NCBI RefSeq assembly: GCF_000014265.1 | Contig: NC_008312.1 | Coordinates: forward strand, 5,370,001-5,402,000 | Origin: Trichodesmium erythraeum IMS101 | GTDB lineage: Bacteria > Cyanobacteriota > Cyanobacteriia > Cyanobacteriales > Microcoleaceae | Length of the DNA: 32,000 bases | Direction of reading: 5' to 3' | Shown here: positions 1 to 8,200 of the stretch, piece after piece | Layout of the letters: every line of letters starts with the position of its first letter | How positions within the stretch are numbered: position 1 is the first letter of the stretch | Translations under genes and position numbers: made by a program | The notes under the pieces: model-generated | Told to the model about the DNA's origin: nothing | The model's database searches: none | Seen by the model: the letters and a program-made list of their open reading frames with translations, nothing else

Positions 1-2069
1 ACAGCGACATCTCTGCTGACGCTGAAAAAGCATCTGGAGGCCAAGTCGACATCACCGCAGCAGGTATATTCGGCATAAAATTCCGTCCTGAAAAAACAGA
101 AAGAAGTGATATCACAGTCACCTCAGAATTTGACAGAGATGGAGAAGTCAATATCAACACCCCCGATGTAGATCCTAGTGACGGACTAGTAGAATTTGAC
201 GATACCATCCCAGATATCTCCAACCTCCTCGACCAAAACCCTTGCCGAAAAGGACAAAACAGCAAATTCATCATTACAGGAAGAGGTGGCTTACCACCAA
301 CTCTCGAAGATCCCTTTACTCCCACCCACATCTGGCAAGGCTCAGAAACCTCAGTTACTCCTCCAAAAGCCATCACTCCATCAGAGCAAGAATTCATTGA
401 AGCACAAGGTTGGATCTCTAATTCTCAAGGTATTGAACTGATCACCAACCCCGAAACTGCTACTCCCACCTCCCCTTGGTTAATACCTCCCAACTGCAAA
501 CAATTAGACGCCTTTGAACCCCCACCCTATCTACTCGCTAGCAGTAAGGGAAATATTCCCACCTCAACTTCTGAACCTCTAAAAGTTACTATCAAACAAT
601 TCAACTTTGAGGGTAACACAAAATTTAGCAACCAAGAGCTACAACAACAACTCACACCTTATCTAAATAAACCCATTACCTTTGCTCAACTCATAGCAGC
701 ACGCACTGCTATTACAAAATATTATACCAAAAACAACTACATCACATCGGGAGCATTTATTCCTCCCCAAACTATGTCTGACAATGGCACAGTTACCCTC
801 CGAGTAGTAGAAGGAAAAGTTGGTGAAATCAACGTCAATATCCAAGGTAGATTAAATGAAAATTATATCAAAAGTCGGTTAGAAAAAGCTACCACAGCTC
901 CTCTGAATCAAGAAAAATTGGTGTCTGCCCTACAACTATTACAAATAGACCCTTTAGTCAAAACTATATCTGCGGAACTTTCATCCGGAGTCCGCCCAGA
1001 TACAAGTAGGTTAGACATAAGAATAGAAACAGCTAACCCCTGGCAAATAGAAACTATCAGTAATAATGGCAGGGCACCAAGTGTGGGAACATTCAGGCGA
1101 GGGGTAGAAGTAGGTCATAGGAATGTTACAGGTATTGGAGACAGTTTAAATGCTCTCTACACGAATACTGATGGCAGCGACATGGTAGAAGTATCTTATG
1201 CTATTCCTGTGAACTCCAGTAATGGTCGTATCGAACTATTTTATCGCCACAGAGATAATAAGGTAGTAGAATCACCTTTTGAAAGACTCGATATTGAGTC
1301 AAATTCAAATACTTACAAGTTATCATTTAGTCAACCAATAATGCAAACACCCTGGCAAACTTTAACTTTGGGTTTATCTGCAATAAAGCGAGATAGTCAA
1401 ACTTCCATATTAGGAGAGAATTATCCATTATCTGAGGGTGCAGATGAAAATGGGGAAACGAAATTATCAATTTTGCAGCTTTTCCAAGATTATGAACTAC
1501 GGGGAAAAAATCAAGTTTTGGCGTTTAATTCTCAGTTGAATGTAGGGTTGGGAATATTGGATGCCACAAAGAATAGTAGTGAACCGGATAGTCGATTTTT
1601 GTATTGGCGGGGTCAGGGACAATGGGTGCGTGAGTTAGCCAAAAATACTTTGTTGGTGGTTGGAGCAGATCTACAGTTATCTCCATTTGATTTGGTGCCT
1701 AAAGAGCAGTTTGGTTTAGGAGGTTATCGAAGCGTGAGAGCCTATCGTCAGGATACTCGTTTAACAGATAATGGAGCGTTGGGAACAGTGGAGTTGCGCT
1801 TGCCGCTGCCCTGGATATCTGGAAAAAATAGATTATTTCAGGTAGTGCCGTTTATTGATGGGGGGGTAGCATGGAATAGTGATGATGAAGAGGTAGAAGG
1901 AAGTAAGGCTTTGGCGGCGGCCGGGGTGGGGTTGCAGGTAAATTTATGGGAGAAGATAAATATGCGCTTAGATTATGGAATTCCTTTAGTGGATGTGGAC
2001 TCGCCAGATAAAACGGCTCAGGAGGAAGGGTTTTATTTTTCTTTTTCTACTACTCCTTTTTCTTTTTGA
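1..2069 (+). CDS. 5'-truncated (window edge) paralog of the fused TpsA-passenger/TpsB-transporter protein: end of the beta-helical passenger, Pro-rich linker, 2 POTRA, ShlB/FhaC-type beta-barrel
   Basis: The frame starting at nt 3 is open to the stop at 2067-2069. My translation reads SDISADAEKASGGQVDITAAGIFG...NPCRKGQNSKFIITGRGGLPP...EAQGWISNSQGIELI...KVTIKQFNFEGNTKFS. The ORF-track entry 774..2069 is only the part after the first ATG. It is collinear with about aa 703-1391 of the 5265..9440 protein at a constant 7371-nt offset. It ends in FSF, an aromatic OMP beta-signal. Confidence 0.8.
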   Translation, partial: SDISADAEKASGGQVDITAAGIFGIKFRPEKTERSDITVTSEFDRDGEVNINTPDVDPSDGLVEFDDTIPDISNLLDQNPCRKGQNSKFIITGRGGLPPTLEDPFTPTHIWQGSETSVTPPKAITPSEQEFIEAQGWISNSQGIELITNPETATPTSPWLIPPNCKQLDAFEPPPYLLASSKGNIPTSTSEPLKVTIKQFNFEGNTKFSNQELQQQLTPYLNKPITFAQLIAARTAITKYYTKNNYITSGAFIPPQTMSDNGTVTLRVVEGKVGEINVNIQGRLNENYIKSRLEKATTAPLNQEKLVSALQLLQIDPLVKTISAELSSGVRPDTSRLDIRIETANPWQIETISNNGRAPSVGTFRRGVEVGHRNVTGIGDSLNALYTNTDGSDMVEVSYAIPVNSSNGRIELFYRHRDNKVVESPFERLDIESNSNTYKLSFSQPIMQTPWQTLTLGLSAIKRDSQTSILGENYPLSEGADENGETKLSILQLFQDYELRGKNQVLAFNSQLNVGLGILDATKNSSEPDSRFLYWRGQGQWVRELAKNTLLVVGADLQLSPFDLVPKEQFGLGGYRSVRAYRQDTRLTDNGALGTVELRLPLPWISGKNRLFQVVPFIDGGVAWNSDDEEVEGSKALAAAGVGLQVNLWEKINMRLDYGIPLVDVDSPDKTAQEEGFYFSFSTTPFSF

Positions 2070-2096
2070 GCAGGGAGGTAAACTGATAGGATGAAG
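1..2096 (+). repeat. Copy A of a 2.1-kb direct repeat (3' part of the fusion gene plus 26 nt past the stop)
   Basis: It aligns with 7372-9467 with no net indel: stop codons 2069 versus 9440 and alt-frame ORFs 196 versus 7567 both differ by 7371. Similarity ends after ...ggtaaactgataggatgaa. Confidence 0.9.
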
Positions 2097-2194
2097 CTTA
2101 GGTAATTATGACACGCCAGTTGAAAGTAATTGAAAGTAGAAGGAAGTGAAACCCAATACACTCTTTATTGTTTAGACATTTATATATATTTATT

Positions 2195-4717
2195 ATGAAG
2201 ATCATAAAATTGCTCGCTATTACTCTATTAAGTTTCTGTATCACTGTGGGAATTAATATTTTACCTCCCACTTTAGCTGAATCTTCTGCCACTCATCTAG
2301 TTCAAGAAGGAACTCAATTATTACAACAAGGAAAGGCAGAAGCAGCATTAGAAATTTGGCAAAAAGCAGAGGAACTTTATCGCCAAAATCAAAATCAAAC
2401 TGGTATTATCGGTACCAAAATTAATCAAGCTCAAGCTTTAACCAGTTTGGGTTTTTATGGACGTTCGTGTAATACTGTCTTACAAGCATTTGGCAATGAT
2501 TTAGAATGCGCTCGCTTAACTGAAAATGACTTAGAAAATGTTCTGGAAAAGTTTCAAACATCAAATACTAGCCTAAATTTTCAGGGATTACAAATTTTAG
2601 GAAATGGACTGCTGGCGTTCGGTAAATTGGAGTTATCTGAAAAGGTATTAGAAGCAAGTTATAAGTGGGTAAATTCTAACAATACTAAAGCTCAATTGTT
2701 GATAAGTTTAGGTAACAATAGGCTTTCTCAAGCTCAAAATATTGCTGTCGATCGTAGAAGTGGAAAAGATGAACGAGCGCTTCGAACCCTAGTTGATCAA
2801 AGTTTATCTAATTATCAAGAAGCTGCCAGTATTTCTACTGACAAATCAGTTCAAATTCAAGGAACTATTAATAATCTTAGTTTGCTAGTCAAATTTACTA
2901 AAGAAATTGGTGATTTAGATACTTATGTACAATTTCAGATTGAAACTTTACCCGAAATTATTGATTTTTTAAATCAAATTAATCCTACTCCTAAATCAAT
3001 TAGAGCCAGAATTAAATTAGCAGAAATTTTTACAAATATTGAGGAAATTAAAGATCAATCAGCTTTTGTTGAATTTCAAACTAATATTACTAAGTTAACT
3101 CCACCTAGCGAATTATTAAATCAGGCAATTGAAGAAGCAAAAGATATTAATAATTTCCGTTTAGAAGCTTATGGACTTAGTACCAAGGCAAAATTGAATC
3201 TCAAAAAAGGAAACCTAGAAGAAGCACTTAAATTGACAAATAAAGCATTATTGACTGCTCAAAAAGTATCTGCTTATGATATTGTTTATCAACTCCAAGA
3301 ACAATTAGGAGATATTTTTATTAAGCAAGGAAATTATTCAGAGGCACTCTTAGCTGACAAATCTGCTTTTAATACTCTCCAAGTTTTACGACAGGATTTA
3401 GTAGCATTAAATAGAAATATTCAGTTTAACTTTCGTGATAGTATTGAACCTTTGTATAGAAAATTACTAGACTTATTACTTCAACCTGAACTCGGCTCAA
3501 ATCAACCCAATGTGGAAAATATTAAAGTTGCTGTTGAAGTAATTGAATCTCTACAATTGGCAGAATTGGATAATTTTTTCCAAGATGCTTGTGTGAATGC
3601 TCAGGATATTAATATTGATGAAATTGATGAGAATGTAGCTGTTATTTATCCAATCTTATTCAAGGATAGATTAAGTGTAATTCTTAAATTGCCTGGTACT
3701 GATAGTTTTCGTTATGCTACCGTGAGTGAGAATGACTTTCAAGCTAAATTTGAGAAAAACCTATTGGGACTCAGAGTTAATATTACGAGTCTAAAGCGAA
3801 AACCAAGACTAATAGGTGAAGTCAAATTCCAGTCAAATCAACTTTACAATTGGTTAATTAAACCTTTTGAGGGATATTTGGAAATAGATCTAAAAGATGA
3901 TGCGAGTCAAATAAAAACCCTAGTTTTTGTCTTGGAAGGAAATCTCAGAAATATTCCTATGTCCGTTTTATATGATAGTAAACGGGAAAGATATTTAGTG
4001 GAACGATACGCGATCGCTGTGGCTCCCAGTTTGGAATTGCTCCCTCCCAAACCCTTATTAAAACAGCAAATACGAGTATTAACTACTGGAACAGATAAAG
4101 AAGCACCAAGTTATAGACAGAGAGGCTATGATGATTTACCTAATGTTAAACAGGAACTAGAGAGTATCAATAAAACGGCGCCACAGTCTGAGGCATTAGT
4201 AGATGAAAAATTCACAGAAATTAATATATCTGACAAAATTAATTCTGAGTCCTTTAACATCGTCCATATTGCAACTCACGGACAATTTAGCTCTAATTCT
4301 GATCAAACCTTCATTTTAGCATGGGATAAACCTATTAACGTTAAAGATTTCGATCAACTGCTCCAGAGTGAGAATTTGCAGCGATCACAGCGAGCTATAG
4401 AATTATTAATTTTAAGTGCTTGCCAAACAGCATTTGGAGATCAACGAGCAGCATTGGGTTTAGCTGGAGTTGCAGTTCGGGCGGGCGCTCGTAGTGTTTT
4501 AGGGAGTTTATGGAGGGTAGATGATGCCTCTACAGCAGAATTAATGAAACAATTTTATCAACAATTATTTCAGTCTAATACTTTACAACTGAAAAAAGCA
4601 GAAGCACTACGTCAAGTTCAAATTAAATTTATCAAAGGAGAGATTGAAACAAATTCAGAGGAATACAAGAAACCTTATTATTGGTCACCATTTATTATGG
4701 TCGGGAATTGGTTATAG
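2195..4717 (+). CDS. Exported CHAT-domain (caspase-fold) protease with an N-terminal TPR-like helical region
   Basis: The ORF opens at TTG 2168, but ATG 2195 gives MKIIKLLAITLLSFCITVGINILPPTLA/ES, a classic Sec signal peptide. The C-terminal part has the CHAT catalytic dyad context: VHIATHGQF (His codon 4277-4279) and LLILSACQTAFG (Cys codon 4421-4423), followed by LGSLWRVDD. It lies 126 nt downstream of the preceding gene on the same strand. Confidence 0.85.
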   Translation: MKIIKLLAITLLSFCITVGINILPPTLAESSATHLVQEGTQLLQQGKAEAALEIWQKAEELYRQNQNQTGIIGTKINQAQALTSLGFYGRSCNTVLQAFGNDLECARLTENDLENVLEKFQTSNTSLNFQGLQILGNGLLAFGKLELSEKVLEASYKWVNSNNTKAQLLISLGNNRLSQAQNIAVDRRSGKDERALRTLVDQSLSNYQEAASISTDKSVQIQGTINNLSLLVKFTKEIGDLDTYVQFQIETLPEIIDFLNQINPTPKSIRARIKLAEIFTNIEEIKDQSAFVEFQTNITKLTPPSELLNQAIEEAKDINNFRLEAYGLSTKAKLNLKKGNLEEALKLTNKALLTAQKVSAYDIVYQLQEQLGDIFIKQGNYSEALLADKSAFNTLQVLRQDLVALNRNIQFNFRDSIEPLYRKLLDLLLQPELGSNQPNVENIKVAVEVIESLQLAELDNFFQDACVNAQDINIDEIDENVAVIYPILFKDRLSVILKLPGTDSFRYATVSENDFQAKFEKNLLGLRVNITSLKRKPRLIGEVKFQSNQLYNWLIKPFEGYLEIDLKDDASQIKTLVFVLEGNLRNIPMSVLYDSKRERYLVERYAIAVAPSLELLPPKPLLKQQIRVLTTGTDKEAPSYRQRGYDDLPNVKQELESINKTAPQSEALVDEKFTEINISDKINSESFNIVHIATHGQFSSNSDQTFILAWDKPINVKDFDQLLQSENLQRSQRAIELLILSACQTAFGDQRAALGLAGVAVRAGARSVLGSLWRVDDASTAELMKQFYQQLFQSNTLQLKKAEALRQVQIKFIKGEIETNSEEYKKPYYWSPFIMVGNWL

Positions 4718-4967
4718 CAATACAGGGAAAAGGGGAGACCCCTGTTCCATAATGTTCTAGAAAAAAACTTTTCTACTAAAAATATAATAGCCTAACAAAA
4801 TTCCATGGCGACATTCCCTAGCCTCAGCATAATTAATAATTTATTCTCTTGTAGGTTGGGTTGCACTGACCGTTACAAACCCTTAAGCGAACACAAATAT
4901 CTATCTATTAGACATCTAGACATCTGCCTCAACTAAGTTTTTACCCACAACAAAATCAGTTATTAGT

Positions 4968-5191
4968 TCAGGACTTATAGTCATTTTACAGCAGTTTTCA
5001 TCTTGGTAGACCACAGTAGGGACGCCCTTATGCAATGTCCCTACAAAATTTTGGTTATGATGATGTAGTTCATCAATTTGAAAACTGCTATAATTTAGAT
5101 TCAGGACTTACGTAAAGGCACTACTTGTAGTGTAAATATCTAAATTTATTGTCAAAAATGCACTATATATGCCGGCACTGCGTAAGTCCTG
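4968..5191. repeat. Nested inverted and direct repeats, MITE-like small repeat elements in the intergenic region
   Basis: tcaggactta occurs at 4968 and 5101. caggacttacg (5102-5112) pairs with cgtaagtcctg (5181-5191) as a perfect 11-nt inverted repeat. cagcagttttca (about 4991) pairs with tgaaaactgcta (about 5081). A central hairpin is formed by gtagggac...gtccctac (about 5018-5047). Confidence 0.4.
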
Positions 5192-5264
5192 GAAATATTA
5201 AATTTATTTGCGAAAAATGTTTGATTATTAGATAATAATGACAGGATTATTTTAGTTAAAAAAT

Positions 5265-8200
5265 ATGAATTTTTATTTTGTTGTAACTCGTCAATATTTA
5301 CTTAAATCTCACACAAATTTTACAATAACGCTACGCCGCAAATCATCTACAATAAATCGCTATTTAAGAACAGAATCTTTAAATTCAGAAGATTTATGGC
5401 GAAATCTTACTCTTAGTGTTTTTCTCCTCTTTGGATTTTTTTCCCCCTCTGCCCTCGCTTTTTTTATTCATTTTCTCCTCTTTGGATTTTTTTCCCCCTC
5501 CGCCCTCGCTCAACTCCAACCAGATAATACATTGGGAGAAGAAAATTCAGTCGTCACACCGAATATCAATATTAAAGGGATAGAAAGCGATCGCATAGAT
5601 GGCGGGGCCCAAAGAGGGGCCAACTTATTCCACAGTTTTCAAGAATTCAACATTCAACAGGGACGAGGGGTTTACTTTAGCAACCCTGATGGAGTTCAAA
5701 ATATCCTGACTCGGGTCACAGGAAACAATGGCTCTAACATATTAGGAACCTTGGGTGTAGATGGAAAAGCTGATTTATTTTTCATTAACCCCAATGGCAT
5801 AATCTTTGGACCAGAGGCTAAACTAGATGTCCAAGGTTCATTCTATGGAGCTACTGCCGATAGTATCTTATTTAAAAATGGATTTGAATTTGCTAGTTCA
5901 GACCCTCAAGCGCCCCCACTACTTACAGTTAATGTTCCCATTGGTTTGAGGTTGCCCGAAAAGCCAGGTAGTATTCTGGTTGAGGGTCAAGGTCATAACA
6001 TAAATATGTCAGAGTACCTAGAAACATATGGATATAGAAACAGAAAAGAGGACCGGAATCTAGGGTTGGAAGTTTCCCAAGGCCAAACCTTAGGGTTAGT
6101 TGGTGGTGATATATTCTTAAGGGGGGGAAACCTCACATCAGATGGAGGACGTGTTGAATTAGGAAGTGTTCAGAATGGTGTAGTAGAAATCACTACCGAC
6201 CGTACCCTTAGCTATGATAAAAATCTGGAATTTGGCCAAATCATACTATCAGAAGCGAGTTCTATAGATATAAGTGGAAATGGAAGAGTAGAATTTCAAA
6301 TTCAAGGAGAAGAGATCAACGTGCAAGATAATTCACTAATTTTAGGAAAGATATTGGGTGATGAGGACGGAGGAAATTCAATTATTAGAGCATCTAAGTC
6401 TATTAAAATAGGACCTACAAAACCTTTTGAGAAGATTCCTGTGAAAATAAAAATTGTTAATTTTACCTATACTTTTAATAAGACTATGAGTTCTATTTTT
6501 CTAAACACTTATGGTAAGGGAGATGTCGGAGAGTTGAGGGTGAAAACAGAAAGTTTAACGCTGCAAGATGGAGCCGTTATTTATACCGGTACTGTGGGTC
6601 AGGGAAATGCAGGGAATTTAACAGTCTCTGCTAGAGACATAGAAATAAATGGTGGGAATTATGCGACTGGATTTTTTCCAACGACATTAGCAGAAGGTAA
6701 CGGAGGGAATTTGACGGTGGAAGTTGCAGAAAGTTTAACGCTGCAAGATGGAGCCGTTATGTCTGCCGGTACTGGGTATCAGGGAAATGCAGGGAATTTA
6801 ACAGTCTCTGCTAGAGACATAGAAATGAGTGGTTTTGTTGTTGTTACAACAATCACTGAAACAACAGGTAACGGAGGGAATTTGACGGTGGAAGTTGCAG
6901 AAAGTTTAACGCTGCAAGATGGAGCCGTTATGTCTGCCGGTACTGTGGGTCAGGGAAATGCAGGGAATTTAATAGTCTCTGCTACAGACATAGAAATAAT
7001 AGGCAAATCTCCTGATGGTAAATCCTTCAGTCGCTTAACCGCAGAAGCAACAAATGAATCAACAGGAGCAGCAGGAACCATAACCATCAACACCGAAACC
7101 CTCAACCTCCGGAACGAAGCCGAAATTATAGTCACCTCTGCTACCCAACAAGCTGCAGGTGACTTAATAATAAACAGCAACAACATCCGCATCGAAAACC
7201 AAGCTAGTCTCAAAGCTGAAACCAAAGGAGGTCAAGGCAGCATTACCATCAATAATAATAAAGACCTCATCCTGCGTAACAACAGCAACATCACCACTAA
7301 TTCTGAAGGCACGGCTACTGGAGGTAATATTACCATTAATACGGAAAACCTAGTTGCCCGAGACAACAGCGACATCACTGCTAACGCTGTCGAAGGATTT
7401 GGAGGCCGAGTTAACATCACCGCAGCCGGCATATTCGGCACAGAATTCCGTCCCGAACAAACCGAAAAAAGTGACATCACCGCCACCTCAAAATTAGGAG
7501 CTTCATTCAGTGGAGAAGTCAATATCAACACCCCTGATGTAGATCCTAGTGACGGGCTAGTAGAATTTGAGGATACCATCCCAGATATCTCCAACCTCCT
7601 CGACCAAAACCCTTGCCGACAAGGACAAAAAAGCAAATTCATCATTACAGGAAGAGGCGGCTTACCACCAACTCTCGAAGAACCCTTGGCTCCCACCTAC
7701 CTCTGGCAAGACTCAGAAACCTCAGTTACTCCTCCACCAGCTATCACTCCATCAGAGCAAGAGTTCATTGAAGCACAAGGTTGGATCTCTAATTCTCAAG
7801 GTATTGAACTGATCACTGACCCCGAAACTGCTACTCCCACCTCCCCTTGGTTAATACCTCCCAACTGCGAACAATTAGACACCTTTGAACCCCCACCCTA
7901 TCTACTCGCAAGCAGTAAGGGAAATATTCCCACCTCAACTTCTGAACCTCTAAAAGTTACTATCAAACAATTCAACTTTGAGGGTAACACAAAATTTAGC
8001 AACCAAGAGCTACAACAACAACTCACACCTTATCTAAATAAACCCATTACCTTTGCTCAACTAATAGCAGCACGCACTGCCATTACAAAATTTTATACTA
8101 AAAACAACTACATCACATCGGGAGCATTTATTCCTCCCCAAACTATGGCTGAAAATGGCACAGTCACCCTCCGAGTAGTGGAAGGAAAAGTTGGTGAAAT

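Noticed and set aside
196-441. 81-aa plus-strand ORF, and its twin at 7567..7812
   Set aside because: Both are alternative-frame ORFs embedded in the junction of the fusion genes. Their apparent conservation is just a by-product of the 2.1-kb duplication. Low-complexity Ser/Pro/Lys/Leu/Gln-rich sequence with no start context.
663-845. 60-aa minus-strand ORF
   Set aside because: Antisense to the well-supported POTRA-coding region, short, and without an RBS.
2098-2292. 64-aa minus-strand ORF overlapping the CHAT gene start
   Set aside because: Antisense to the signal-peptide region of a strongly supported CDS. Its AT-rich, Ile/Asn-rich composition is typical of spurious ORFs.
6950-7696. Minus-strand ORFs of 91 and 154 aa inside the passenger region
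   Set aside because: Antisense to the repetitive beta-helix coding sequence. Such repeats commonly keep the opposite strand open. Ser/Leu/Val/Met/Pro-rich low-complexity translations.
7600-7950. Possibility that the TpsA-TpsB fusion is an artefact (missed stop or frameshift between two genes)
   Set aside because: The independently diverged paralog at 230-580 keeps the same open frame across the junction with many substitutions and no indel. No signal peptide or start codon for a separate TpsB exists in either copy. Read-level confirmation would still be worthwhile.
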